From the NCBI GenBank assembly GCA_965248365.1, contig CBDFJA010000003.1, positions 171,557 through 235,556 on the forward strand: a stretch of DNA of 64,000 nucleotides, in the 5' to 3' direction. Both the position numbers and the translations under genes were made by a program. The stretch's first letter is position 1; each line of letters begins with the position of its first letter. Shown in pieces: positions 17,461 through 27,394 of the stretch. The notes below the pieces were generated by a model, which did not search any database, had not been told where the DNA came from, and saw nothing but the letters and a program-made list of their open reading frames with translations. The DNA comes from Bryobacterales bacterium (GTDB lineage: Bacteria > Acidobacteriota > Terriglobia > Bryobacterales > UBA6623).

Positions 17461-18789
17461 CACTGCTGTCCGGTTAAAAGTCGAATAGAATCAATTGGTT
17501 GGGGTCATAGGGGAATTCATTTTGGGAGTCGGATGGCTGGAGTGCCTGTAAAACGGGCATTTTTTCGAATAGCGTAACGCTGAGAATCTGTAGAATCTGG
17601 TAAAGACTCGCTTCCAGCCCGAGGCGTTTCCGGACGATAGCGATGAGCACGTAAATCGAGACAGCGATCCAGATGTGCGTCTTGACGGCGTTCTCGCTGG
17701 TGCCGTAAAACGACTTGATTCGCAGATGTTGCTTGATCCACTTGAAGAAGAGTTCCACCTGCCAGCGCGATTTGTAGATCTGGGCGATGGTCAGTGCCGG
17801 CAGGGTGAAGTTATTGGTCAGAAATTTCAATCGCTTGTTGGTTTCGGCATCGAAATAACTCACCCGCCGTAGGGGGTCCGGGTACGCTTGGGCGGAGTTG
17901 AAGGGGGTCAAAATAACGGTGTGATCGGATCGCAGGCCCGTGCTCCTATCCACCGGGTGGGAGTAGCGACGCTGCAGCAAAACGTTCTTTTTGGTTCGCA
18001 CCACGAAGAAGGCCGAACAGAGCGTGAACACGAAGAGGCGCCGAAAATCGACATAACCCCGATCCATGACGTAGAACGCGCCGGCCTCGGGAAGAAATTC
18101 ATCCAGGATGTTGACGTCATGCACTTTGCCTGCAGTAATGCGGATAAACGTGGGAATATTGCCGTGCAGATCCAGCAGCGTGTGCATCTTCACGGCGGCC
18201 TTGTGCTTGCGGAATCCCGCCCACGGAAACAGCGACAGGCAGAGGTCGATTGTTGTCGAGTCGAGAGCGTACAGAGTCTGGTCCAAGTCCACACCGATCG
18301 GGTCGTGGGCATATAACGGCCGTGCCATGCCAATCAAGACCTGCGCGAAGTCCGCGTAGATCCGCCAGTCGCGCGACTCGTTCGCATCGGCCAGTGTCGA
18401 GCGCGCTACCCTGCCGCCGAATCCCATATGGTAGAGTTTGCCGTGCATCGAACGCAGGCACGTCTCGATGTCGCGGAGGCTTTCCCGATAGGTCAGCTGG
18501 GCGAATGCCATCGAAAGAAACTGATCCCAGCAGGAGAAACTTTTCAGATAGGAATCGCCGCGGTAGCGCAATACACATTTGTGAAACTCTTTGCTCGGCA
18601 GGTGCTCGATCAGTTGGGAGAAAACCGTACGGCCAAGGTTCATCCCCCATTGTGCCGCGTCGGGATGCTCCGCTCAGGCGGCCATTTGCGGCCTCGGGAT
18701 TTCAAATCGTTCCCGGGCAAAACAGGCCATAAGATATTGAGCGGTAGAGACTTACCGTCCGTTGGCGTAACTTTCCCCGGACAGCACTG
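17461..18789 (-). mobile_element. IS4-family insertion sequence, divergent copy F (1329 bp)
   Basis: Same termini as the other IS4 copies. The transposase differs at roughly 1 residue in 10 from copies A, D and G. The flanks do not match: CTCTCGAAT on the left, GCCCAACCC on the right. Confidence 0.9.
17474..18643 (-). CDS. IS4-family DDE transposase (variant, 389 aa)
   Basis: Full-length ORF. The YKSRWQVELFFKWIK signature is conserved. Confidence 0.9.
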   Translation of the reverse strand: MNLGRTVFSQLIEHLPSKEFHKCVLRYRGDSYLKSFSCWDQFLSMAFAQLTYRESLRDIETCLRSMHGKLYHMGFGGRVARSTLADANESRDWRIYADFAQVLIGMARPLYAHDPIGVDLDQTLYALDSTTIDLCLSLFPWAGFRKHKAAVKMHTLLDLHGNIPTFIRITAGKVHDVNILDEFLPEAGAFYVMDRGYVDFRRLFVFTLCSAFFVVRTKKNVLLQRRYSHPVDRSTGLRSDHTVILTPFNSAQAYPDPLRRVSYFDAETNKRLKFLTNNFTLPALTIAQIYKSRWQVELFFKWIKQHLRIKSFYGTSENAVKTHIWIAVSIYVLIAIVRKRLGLEASLYQILQILSVTLFEKMPVLQALQPSDSQNEFPYDPNQLILFDF

Positions 18790-18798
18790 GCCCAACCC

Positions 18799-20127
18799 CA
18801 CTGCTGTCCGGTTAAAAGTCGAATAGAATCAATTGGTTGGGGTCATAGGGGGATTCGTTTGGGGAGTCGGATGGCTGGAGTGCCTGTAAAAGGGGCATTT
18901 TTTCGAATTGCGTAACGCTGAGAATCTGTAGAATCTGGTAAAGACTCGCTTCCAGCCCGAGCCGTTTCCGGACGATGGCGATGAGCACGTAAATCGAGAC
19001 AGCGATCCAGATCTGCGTCTTGACGGCGTTCTCGCTGGTGCCGTAAAACAAGTTGATTCGCAGATGTTGCTTGATCCACTTGAAGAACAACTCAATCTGC
19101 CAACGCGACTTGTAGATGTGGGCGATGGTCAGCGCCGGGAGCGCGAAGTTGTTGGTCAGAAACTTCAGCCGCTTGTTCGTCCGGGCGTCGAAGTAACTGA
19201 CCCTCCGCAACGGGTCGGGATAGGCTTGGGCCGATTCGATGGCAGCCAGTATGACGGTCTGATCCGAGCGCAAGCCCGTGGATTTGTCGACGGGATGCGA
19301 GTAGCGCCGTTGGAGCAAGATGTTCTTCTTGGTTCGCACGACGAAGAACGACGAGCAGAGAGTGAACACGAAGAGGCGTTCGAAATCGACGTAGGCCCGA
19401 TCCATGACGTAGAACGCGCCGGCCTCCGGGCCGATCTCGTCGAGGATGTTGATGTCGTGCACTTTGCCTCCAGTAATGCGGATGAACGTGGGAATATTGC
19501 CGTGCAGATCCAGCAGCGTGTGCATCTTCACGGCGGCCTTTTGCTTGCGGAATCTCGCCCACGGAAACAGCGACAGGCAGAGGTCGATTGTTGTCGAGTC
19601 GAGAGCGTACAGAGTCTGGTCCAAGTCCACACCGATCGGGTCGTGGGCATATAACGGCCGTGCCATGCCAATCAAGACCTGCGCGAAGTCCGCGTAGATC
19701 CGCCAGTCGCGCGACTCGTTCGCATCGGCCAGTGTCGAGCGCGCTACCCTGCCGCGGAATCCCATGTGGTAGAGTTTGCCGTGCATCGAACGCAGGCACG
19801 TCTCGATGTCGCGGAGGCTTGCCCGATAGGTCAGCTGGGCGAATGCCATCGCAAGAAACTGATCCCAGCAGGAGAAACTTTTCAGATAGGAATCGCCGCG
19901 GTAGCGCGATACACATTTCTGAAACTCTTTGCTCGGTAGGTGCTCGATCAGTTGGGAGAAAACCGTACGGCCAAGGTTCATCCCTCATTGTGCCGCGTCC
20001 GGATGCTCCGTTCAGGCGACCATTTGCGGCCTCGGGATTTCAAATCGTTCCCGGGAAAAACAGGCCATAAGACATTGAGCGGTCGAGACTTACCGTCCGA
20101 TGGCGCGACTTTCCCCGGACAGCACTG
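18799..20127 (-). mobile_element. IS4-family insertion sequence, copy G (1329 bp)
   Basis: 9-bp direct repeat GCCCAACCC at 18790-18798 and 20128-20136. The left repeat directly abuts the end of copy F. Confidence 0.92.
18812..19981 (-). CDS. IS4-family DDE transposase (389 aa)
   Basis: Nearly identical to 5409-6578. Confidence 0.9.
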   Translation of the reverse strand: MNLGRTVFSQLIEHLPSKEFQKCVSRYRGDSYLKSFSCWDQFLAMAFAQLTYRASLRDIETCLRSMHGKLYHMGFRGRVARSTLADANESRDWRIYADFAQVLIGMARPLYAHDPIGVDLDQTLYALDSTTIDLCLSLFPWARFRKQKAAVKMHTLLDLHGNIPTFIRITGGKVHDINILDEIGPEAGAFYVMDRAYVDFERLFVFTLCSSFFVVRTKKNILLQRRYSHPVDKSTGLRSDQTVILAAIESAQAYPDPLRRVSYFDARTNKRLKFLTNNFALPALTIAHIYKSRWQIELFFKWIKQHLRINLFYGTSENAVKTQIWIAVSIYVLIAIVRKRLGLEASLYQILQILSVTQFEKMPLLQALQPSDSPNESPYDPNQLILFDF

Positions 20128-20347
20128 GCCCAACCCAAAGGGTCAACAGCGCCGATAGCGGGAAGCCCAACGTGACTTGCTCTCGCGACCACCCAAAGCC
20201 GCCCTGCTCGGGCGGGCTCTCGAAGTAATCAAAGAAAAAAGGGATGTTGTAGTAAGGGAACCCGACGCTAATGCCGAAGGTACAAAAAGCCGCTACGGTG
20301 ATGAACCAGCCATGGAAAACCTTCTGCTTGGATGGTGGGGACGGCAC
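20128..20347 (-). pseudogene. N-terminal fragment of an MFS-type transporter truncated by IS4 copy G
   Basis: MPSPPSKQKVFHGWFITVAAFCTFGISVGFPYYNIPFFFDYF...LGFPLSALLTLWVGPV, then the IS4 terminus. Confidence 0.55.
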
Positions 20348-20623
20348 TGCGCAATAGGACTTCGCTTGGTTTTAGCTGCCGCTTAGACCGGGAAAAGCAT
20401 TCGGCCTGGAAGAAGACATCTTACACGAAAACAAGCACCCGCTCGCAGGTCGGTCGCAGTAGGGGAAGCAGTCCTGCGTGTCAGGCTTTCCGGTAAGACA
20501 AGCAATCCTGCTTGTCGGGCTTTTGTAGCCGGCCAACCTGCCGAACGGCCTTTCCGGCGTCAAACCACTGCTCCTCTGAGCGGAAAAGATCCTGACGGGA
20601 GTCTCCGTGATACGCTACCAATA

Positions 20624-21652
20624 ATGGTCAAAGAAAAGCTGCGGCCGCGGCCGCGGCTTCGCTGTGAGCAACTGAAACCCCGAGCGACGCCGACCGGGCG
20701 TGGGACCGCACTCCGCTGCCTAATTGGCATCGGGTTTTTGGCTACGGTCACCGCGGTAGCCACAGCTCAGTTCGTCGATCTCGTTGCCGGAGTTCGCCAA
20801 CTGGCGTTCGCCGGCGACCTCGTAGCCGCGCGGCAATTGATCGAGCGGATGCGCGCCGCCGAAGGAAATCAGACTTCGCAGTGGCTGGCGGCTGCATCCT
20901 GGCTCGCGCGCGGTGCGGGGCGCGCCGGTCAATGGGATCTTGCCGAAAAGTACGCCGGCGAAGCGCTTGCGGGAAGCGCGCTGCGAGCTGATGTTCAACA
21001 ACTCGATGCTGACCCGGATCTCGCGACAGCCCTCGGAGCATCGATCGAAGTTCTGGGGAAGGCCCAAGACGCTCGCGGCGATCGCACGGCGGCTGTTGAG
21101 TTTCTACGCGAGCAGCATAAGAAATACCTAGGGACTTCCATCGAGACAAGGATTCAGAAGAACGTCCTCTTGCTCTCTCTGGAAGGGAAGCAGCTTCCCG
21201 ATCTCGAAATGTCGGAACAGTTTCTCAACAGGTCCGCCGCGCCCCCAGACACGAAGGGTAAAGTGCTGCTCCTGTACTTCTGGGCCCATTGGTGCTCCGA
21301 CTGCAAACGCCAGGAGCCGGTCCTGGAGTTACTCCACAAGAACTACTCGGACCGCGGACTGGCCTTCATAGGACCGACCAAGCTGTACGGTCACACCGCC
21401 CAAGGACGAGAGGCAACTCCGTCGGAAGAACTCCATTACCTCAGGGGCGCTTATCAAAAAAACTATCCGATTCGCCCTTGGATACCGGCGCCCGTCAGCA
21501 CGCGGAACTTCCTTCGCTTTGGAGTAAGCTCAACCCCTACACTCGTACTCGTCGACCGTGAGGGTATCGTCCGCCTGTATCACCCGGGCTATCTGGGCTA
21601 CAGCGAGCTGGAGGGGCGCATTAGACCGTTGCTCAACGCCGCGGGCAAGTAG
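20624..21652 (+). CDS. TlpA-like thiol-disulfide oxidoreductase (thioredoxin fold) with an N-terminal helical domain
   Basis: CxxC in LLYFWAHWCSDCKRQEP and a signal-like N-terminus. The exact start is uncertain. Confidence 0.7.
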   Translation: MVKEKLRPRPRLRCEQLKPRATPTGRGTALRCLIGIGFLATVTAVATAQFVDLVAGVRQLAFAGDLVAARQLIERMRAAEGNQTSQWLAAASWLARGAGRAGQWDLAEKYAGEALAGSALRADVQQLDADPDLATALGASIEVLGKAQDARGDRTAAVEFLREQHKKYLGTSIETRIQKNVLLLSLEGKQLPDLEMSEQFLNRSAAPPDTKGKVLLLYFWAHWCSDCKRQEPVLELLHKNYSDRGLAFIGPTKLYGHTAQGREATPSEELHYLRGAYQKNYPIRPWIPAPVSTRNFLRFGVSSTPTLVLVDREGIVRLYHPGYLGYSELEGRIRPLLNAAGK

Positions 21653-22012
21653 CGTGCCGGGGACCGAGCCGTTTCCCCTCCCCGCTCATCGAACTCCGTT
21701 CGCCCCTCCGTCAGCCCCCCCCGTGGCGAATCGCGGGGGCGGCACACCCCGGGGGTCGGCCACCTCAGCGGCGTCTTTTGCTTCTCTTGCCCGGGCTTAT
21801 CGTGCGTGCGCTTCAAACTCCGCGAATAGGTTAACCTGAGGGCATGCAAGCTTCAACGACCGTGTCCGTTGAAGAATATCCGTGCGAGAATCCGAAGCCG
21901 GCCTGCTGGCGGTCACTGATTCCGACATCGTGGTTCCCATGGAAGAGATTTACCGGCAGGTACAAAGCGAGATGACCCTGCCAGCGTCTTCGATCGGCCT
22001 CATCCTGCCATT

Positions 22013-22828
22013 GTGAGTTGGCAACACTCGGAAATCACCGACGCCATACGTCGCGCGCTGGCGGAAGACGTCGGCGGCGGCGACATAACGACCGAGGCGT
22101 GCGTGGACGCGGACCAGACAGCCGGCGGCTTCTTTCTGTCTCGGGAACCGCTGGTCCTGGCGGGAATCGAGGTCATTCCGGAAATTTATGGTCAGGAAAG
22201 CGTCGAGCTGTTGCAATCAAGCGGAGATCTGCTCGACAGCGACACGGTCGTCGCCCGTGTCTCGGGATCCGCTCGACGCCTGTTAACCCTCGAGAGAACG
22301 GCGCTCAACTTCTTGCAGCGCTTGAGCGGCATCGCCACCCTGGCCCGGCAGTTCGTCCAAGCCGTAGAAGGAACGCGCTGCCAGGTGCTTGACACCCGGA
22401 AGACGACTCCGGGCCTCCGTCGCCTGGAAAAACTAGCCGCCCGCGCCGGCGGCGTCGTCAATCATCGCCTAGGGCTTTTCGACGCCATCCTTATCAAGAA
22501 CAACCACATCACCGCAGCCGGAGGAGTGCGCAAAGCTCTCGCGAGGACGCGGTCTCGCGGCCACAAGGTCGAGATCGAGGTGCGCACGTTCGACGAGCTC
22601 AGACAAGCGCTCGAAGCGGGCGCCGGCCATCTGCTGCTGGACAACTTCACGGTAGAGCAAGTCCGTGAAGCAGTGGCCATGATCGCCGGGCGGGCGGTTG
22701 TCGAAGTATCCGGCGGCATCCGGTTGGATAACGTCGAAGCCTATGCCCAAGCGGGCGCGGGCTATGTTTCCGCCGGCGCAATCACACACTCGGCCCCGGC
22801 CGTCGATATCAGCTTTCGTCTAGGGTGA
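22013..22828 (+). CDS. nadC: Nicotinate-nucleotide pyrophosphorylase (quinolinate phosphoribosyltransferase)
   Basis: LAEDVGGGDITT, LERTALNFLQRLSGIAT, DTRKTTPGLR, HRLGLFDAILIKNNH, SGGI...VSAGAITHS. Confidence 0.9.
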   Translation: MSWQHSEITDAIRRALAEDVGGGDITTEACVDADQTAGGFFLSREPLVLAGIEVIPEIYGQESVELLQSSGDLLDSDTVVARVSGSARRLLTLERTALNFLQRLSGIATLARQFVQAVEGTRCQVLDTRKTTPGLRRLEKLAARAGGVVNHRLGLFDAILIKNNHITAAGGVRKALARTRSRGHKVEIEVRTFDELRQALEAGAGHLLLDNFTVEQVREAVAMIAGRAVVEVSGGIRLDNVEAYAQAGAGYVSAGAITHSAPAVDISFRLG

Positions 22829-22988
22829 TGCGAGTCGGCCCGAGGCCAAAGCTCGTCCAGAGAATCAACCGGGTGTCTTAAGGTGTAGCTGCAACGTAGT
22901 GCGTAGTGCGCCATGCTTGAGCTTCGCTTCGACCGGAATGAGCCTGAAGCGAATTGGCTGGCTGCACTTGGCTGCACCCGATTTCTCC

Positions 22989-23019
22989 ACCCTTTTCTCA
23001 CCACCTGACGGTCGAAGCA
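22989..23019. repeat. Solo MITE-194 TIR (right-TIR type)
   Basis: acccttttctcaccacctgacggtcgaagca. Confidence 0.6.
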
Positions 23020-23087
23020 GGCTGGATGCGACTGAGATTCATGGATCTTGTTTCCCACAGCGCAGCCGGGAACGGGTGCTTGACGGC

Positions 23088-23777
23088 CTACCGCTGGGGG
23101 TAAACGCGCTTCACGCCCCGGGGAATCTTCAGCCGCAGATCGGCCCCTCGCAAGCGCGGGTTCCGGGCGATTTCGGTGTAGGTGTAGAGACGATAGTCGC
23201 CCGGCGTGGGCAGGTAGAGCTTTTGCTGAACGGGCTGCCGGCTGGCCGTCGCAACCCACATCTCGAGCCGGGGGATGCGCTGGGCCATCTTCTCGTCCTT
23301 GGGGACCAGCTCCAGCTTTACCGTGGCCTCTCCGGCGGCGGCCTCACGCCCCCCCCAGGTAACGTCATAGTGCTCACTCAAAAAGCGGCCCCCTGTTCCG
23401 AATCCCAACAGCAGTGCTTGCTCGAGAGCAGCCTTGGAATTCGAGAGGTCGTATTCTTCGACCGTCGCGATCCGGGGACGGTAGATCTCGGCCTTTTCTC
23501 CACGGACGGCGAAAAAATAGGAGTAGGGCGTATGGAATTCCACCAGAAGACGGAACTCTCCCTCCTTGCCGCGAAGAACTTTGATCACCCCTTCCTCGAC
23601 GCTTTCGTCCTCGACGATGGCGGTGTATTTGACCCAGCGGAGTTTGGCCCGCATGCCGCGGAATTCCGCGGCCGCCCCGTCCATACGCGCCAGTAGCGTT
23701 TCCAGATCGGAGCCGGCCTGCCCCGAGGGGCAGATCAAAATTAGTAGAGCCGCGGCAACCCAACTACGCACGATCAT
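23088..23777 (-). CDS. LolA-like outer-membrane lipoprotein-sorting family protein (putative)
   Basis: Signal peptide followed by an all-beta pattern with LDGAAAEFRGMRAKL...YRPRIATVEEYDL. The family call comes from my memory of similar proteins. Confidence 0.45.
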   Translation of the reverse strand: MIVRSWVAAALLILICPSGQAGSDLETLLARMDGAAAEFRGMRAKLRWVKYTAIVEDESVEEGVIKVLRGKEGEFRLLVEFHTPYSYFFAVRGEKAEIYRPRIATVEEYDLSNSKAALEQALLLGFGTGGRFLSEHYDVTWGGREAAAGEATVKLELVPKDEKMAQRIPRLEMWVATASRQPVQQKLYLPTPGDYRLYTYTEIARNPRLRGADLRLKIPRGVKRVYPQR

Positions 23778-23820
23778 TAGGACCCTTCAGCTCGCTTTAC
23801 GGTTTCAGTGATGGACGGAT

Positions 23821-24189
23821 TCAAGGGCGTGCGTAGACCAGGTAGGCGCGTACTGCTCCCTCGGCGTCCGTGGTCCGTTGCCAGTCGATGACGCGAAGGT
23901 TCTTGCCCTGCCGCTGTCGCAACAGGCGGCGCAGCTTCTCGGTCACCTCTTCGGCGGAAGTGTCGTTGACGACGCTGGGATCAACCCAGAACACCACGGT
24001 TCCCTTGCCGTCGGAGAGATCGGCAATTTGTTGCACGCTCGGTGGCTGCGGCTGGTCGCGAAAGAGATCACGAGGAGTCAGGAAAATGAACGCGAGAATC
24101 CCGACGACGATCAAGTCGTACTGCCAAGATCCCCGCCGGTAGCTCCAAAAAACGGTGGGACGCAGCCGGCCCCAAAGCTTCCTCAGCAT
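23821..24189 (-). CDS. Hypothetical membrane-anchored protein
   Basis: One TM helix (YDLIVVGILAFIFL). The ORF is consistent with the local gene density. Confidence 0.45.
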   Translation of the reverse strand: MLRKLWGRLRPTVFWSYRRGSWQYDLIVVGILAFIFLTPRDLFRDQPQPPSVQQIADLSDGKGTVVFWVDPSVVNDTSAEEVTEKLRRLLRQRQGKNLRVIDWQRTTDAEGAVRAYLVYARP

Positions 24190-24215
24190 GGCGTAATTCT
24201 ATCGTACAATGGAAT

Positions 24216-24235
24216 TTGACGTCCCGGGTCGTCAA
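24216..24235. promoter_or_regulatory. 20-bp near-perfect palindrome in a divergent intergenic region (possible operator)
   Basis: TTGACGtCCCGGGtCGTCAA, 18 of 20 positions self-complementary, between the divergent genes 23821-24189 (-) and 24395-25393 (+). Confidence 0.3.
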
Positions 24236-24394
24236 TTGAGTCGTTTCACAGGCGCTATCGTCATGGCGGCACGGGAAGCTATTTTGATCGCTAGTTCGTG
24301 TAGATTCAATTAGTTATCGCGGTCGCACCGGTGGCGAGAGGCTGGGGCTTCTCCCGAGCCGCCGGTTGGCGACACCGGAAAAAGGTCCCCGAGA

Positions 24395-25393
24395 ATGTCG
24401 CATTTTGGAACCAGCTTACGCCGATTCTTCCGCCTCTCGGCGCACGTGCAACTGCTGCCCGTCCTTGAAAGCGGTGATGATCCGCTGATTGGAGGGCAAG
24501 CCGTCATCGAAGGGGTGATGATGAGGGCCCCCCACAGCTACTGTGTAGCCGTGCGCCGGGCGGACGGGGAAGTCGTTACCCAGGAGGGCAGACTGGAGCG
24601 GCCGTCGGAAAAATACAGGATCTTCGGCTGGCCCCTGCTGCGCGGACTGGGCACGATCGGGCAGGCGCTCGGACTCGGCATTAGAACCCTTCGCTACTCG
24701 GCGAATGAAGCGATGCCGGAAGAACATAAGTCGAAGGCCAGACAAGGACAGCCGATTTCCGGTTGGATGATGGCCCTCAACGTCATCTTCTCACTGGGCT
24801 TTTTTATCGTTCTCTATAAGTTCATTCCCCTGCTGCTGACCACCCAGATCCAAAATCGCGTCTCCTGGCTCGATGGACAGCTTGGGTTCAGCGTGGTCGA
24901 TGGCGTCATTCGGCTGGCTATTTTCTTTACTTTCTTAACGTTTGTGTCTCGGATGAAGGACATACGGCGAGTCTTTGAATTCCACGGCGCCGAACACAAA
25001 GTCGTCTTCAACTACGAGTCGGGGGATCCGGTCGGGGTAAGCCGCGCGCAGAGTTTTTCGACCTTCCATCCGCGATGCGGAACGAGCTTTCTCATGGTGG
25101 TGATGCTGGTCAGCATTGCCGTCTACGCCCTGGTTCCCTTTGAAGACTTCTTGCCGCGGCTGCTGGCGAGGGTGGCCCTTCTTCCTGTGATCGCCGGGTT
25201 GAGCTACGAAGTGATTCGTTTCGCCGCCAAGAGGCAGGGCAGCGTATGGTCTATGATGGTGGCGCCGGGGTTGTGGCTGCAGCGCATCACCACCAAAGCC
25301 CCCGCCGATGATCAGGTGGAGATTTCCATTCGCGCGCTGGAAGGCGCCATGGCGCTCGAGCAAGAGCAACACGGCGAACTCGTTGTCGCCTGA
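24395..25393 (+). CDS. DUF1385 (YqhQ-like) membrane protein
   Basis: GGQAVIEGVMMR, FHGAEHKVV and HPRCGTSFL motifs. It has the usual position upstream of prfA-prmC. Confidence 0.8.
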   Translation: MSHFGTSLRRFFRLSAHVQLLPVLESGDDPLIGGQAVIEGVMMRAPHSYCVAVRRADGEVVTQEGRLERPSEKYRIFGWPLLRGLGTIGQALGLGIRTLRYSANEAMPEEHKSKARQGQPISGWMMALNVIFSLGFFIVLYKFIPLLLTTQIQNRVSWLDGQLGFSVVDGVIRLAIFFTFLTFVSRMKDIRRVFEFHGAEHKVVFNYESGDPVGVSRAQSFSTFHPRCGTSFLMVVMLVSIAVYALVPFEDFLPRLLARVALLPVIAGLSYEVIRFAAKRQGSVWSMMVAPGLWLQRITTKAPADDQVEISIRALEGAMALEQEQHGELVVA

Positions 25394-25420
25394 AATCTCC
25401 CCCGCGGAGTAGGATTCCCG

Positions 25421-26500
25421 ATGCAGTGGGTCAAAAAGCTAGACGAGATCGAGGCTCGCTACGACGAGCTTTCCGAAGAGATGGCCCTGCCCGAAGTGAT
25501 CGCGGACCAGAGCCGTTTTCAGAAGGCCGCCAAGGCCCTCGCCGAGCTCTCGGAGGTCGTCCATAGCTACCGCGAGTGGAAGTCCGTGCAGATGGAGTTG
25601 GAATCCACCCGGGGGATGCTCGATGAGTCCGATGCTGCTCTGGTTGAGCTGGCCGAGCAGGAAATCGCCGGCCTAGAGGAACGGGCCGCTCGGATCGAGG
25701 CCGACATGAAGGCCTCGATGCTTCCTAGGGATCCCAACGATGAAAAAGGAGTCGTCTTGGAAGTACGCGCCGGTACCGGAGGCGATGAAGCCAGCCTCTT
25801 CGCCGCCGACGTGTTTCGCATGTATGCGCGCTACGCGGAGTCGCGGCGTTGGCGAGTGGAAATCATCTCCTCCAGCGAGTCGGAGGTTGGCGGCTACAAG
25901 GAGATCATTGCTCTGATCACGGGGAAACGGGTTTACAGCCGGCTCAAGTTTGAAAGCGGCGTGCATCGCGTGCAGCGCGTCCCGGAAACCGAGACGCAAG
26001 GCCGCATCCACACCTCGGCCATTACGGTCGCTGTGCTGCCGCAAGTGGACGAAGTCGAAGTCGAGATCGAGCCCAAGGATCTGCGGATCGACACCTATTG
26101 CTCCTCGGGACCGGGCGGGCAGTCCGTTAATACAACCTATTCGGCGGTGCGCATCACGCACCTGCCCACGAATCTCGTGGTCACCTGTCAAGACGAAAAA
26201 TCGCAGATCAAGAACAAGAACAAGGCCATGCAGGTGCTCCGCTCGCGGCTCTACGAGCTGGAACGGGAAAAACAACACGCCGAGCAAACCGAGGAGCGCC
26301 GCGGCATGGTCCGCAGCGGTGATCGCAGCGAAAAAATTCGCACCTACAACTTTTCCGAAAATCGGCTCACCGACCACCGGGCCGGACTCAAACTGCACCA
26401 GCTCGAGCAAATCATGGCCGGCAAGCTCGACCCGCTTACCGAGGCACTGGCCGCCCACTTCCAGGCCGAAAGACTCAACCAGGAGTTGGTTTCAGCCTGA
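25421..26500 (+). CDS. prfA: Peptide chain release factor 1
   Basis: GGQ motif ([12 protein letters not shown]). RF1-type tripeptide region ([15 protein letters not shown]). Followed by prmC. Confidence 0.92.
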   Translation: MQWVKKLDEIEARYDELSEEMALPEVIADQSRFQKAAKALAELSEVVHSYREWKSVQMELESTRGMLDESDAALVELAEQEIAGLEERAARIEADMKASMLPRDPNDEKGVVLEVRAGTGGDEASLFAADVFRMYARYAESRRWRVEIISSSESEVGGYKEIIALITGKRVYSRLKFESGVHRVQRVPETETQGRIHTSAITVAVLPQVDEVEVEIEPKDLRIDTYCSSGPGGQSVNTTYSAVRITHLPTNLVVTCQDEKSQIKNKNKAMQVLRSRLYELEREKQHAEQTEERRGMVRSGDRSEKIRTYNFSENRLTDHRAGLKLHQLEQIMAGKLDPLTEALAAHFQAERLNQELVSA

Positions 26501-26515
26501 GGACCCCGGCTCGCC

Positions 26516-27394
26516 GTGCCGCGCTTCCGAACCTCGAAAACCGTGCCGTCTGAAACGTCTATCCGCGCAGCCTTGCGAGAGGCCACTCATCTGCTCGAAC
26601 AAGATCGGGTGTCCGCTCCTCGGCTGACGGCCGAGGTTTTGCTCGGCCACCTGCTCGACCGCGAAAAAGCCTTCTTGTACGCCCACCCGGAGGAACCATT
26701 AAAGCCCGATCAACAGGAAAGGCTGCTTGAGTTTGTCCGCCAACGCTGCGCGGGAAAGCCGACCCAATACATCACCGGCCGGCAGGAGTTCTACGGGTTC
26801 CCGTTTGAGGTAAGTCCGGATGTATTTATCCCCAGGCCGGAAACGGAGTTGTTGGTCGAGGAGGGGTTGGCCGGACTCGAAGGGAACGAACGAGTCCTCG
26901 ACGTCGGAACCGGGTCAGGCTGCGTCGCGATCTCCATCAAGAAGAAAAGGCCCTCCGCGCGAGTCATTGCCTGCGACGTGTCGCGTCCGGCGCTGCGGGT
27001 GGCCGCTCAAAACGCCCGCCGGCTCGAAGCCGATGTCGAATTCGTGGAATCCGATCTGGTCGACGCCTTCGCCGCCGGCAGCTTCGACCTGGTCGTGAGC
27101 AATCCTCCCTACGTTCCGCTGCTCGCCCTAGCCGGCTTGCAGCAAGAAATCCGGTCCGAGCCGTCCCAGGCTCTATTTGCGGGCGAGGACGGACTGGAGA
27201 TGTACGGGAGGCTGACGAAAGCAGCGGCGGGGATCCTCCGACCCGGGGGCCGGTTGCTGATGGAGCTGGGCTACACGAGCCGATCGGCTGTCGAGACGAT
27301 GCTAGAAGCCGGAGGGTGGGAAACGCCGACCGTACGTACCGACCTGGCCGGGATCGACCGGATGTTGGCGGTGAGGAAGACCCCCGGTTCGTGA
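26516..27394 (+). CDS. prmC: Release-factor glutamine N5-methyltransferase
   Basis: SAM motif VLDVGTGSGCVA and catalytic VSNPPY. Confidence 0.88.
   Translation: MPRFRTSKTVPSETSIRAALREATHLLEQDRVSAPRLTAEVLLGHLLDREKAFLYAHPEEPLKPDQQERLLEFVRQRCAGKPTQYITGRQEFYGFPFEVSPDVFIPRPETELLVEEGLAGLEGNERVLDVGTGSGCVAISIKKKRPSARVIACDVSRPALRVAAQNARRLEADVEFVESDLVDAFAAGSFDLVVSNPPYVPLLALAGLQQEIRSEPSQALFAGEDGLEMYGRLTKAAAGILRPGGRLLMELGYTSRSAVETMLEAGGWETPTVRTDLAGIDRMLAVRKTPGS

Noticed and set aside
21864-22017. A small 44-codon GTG-initiated frame upstream of and overlapping the nadC start (VRESEAGLLAVTDSDIVVPMEEIYRQ...), as an antitoxin-like gene
   Set aside because: It is too short and has no SD or partner gene. 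The similarity to antitoxin motifs is only impressionistic.
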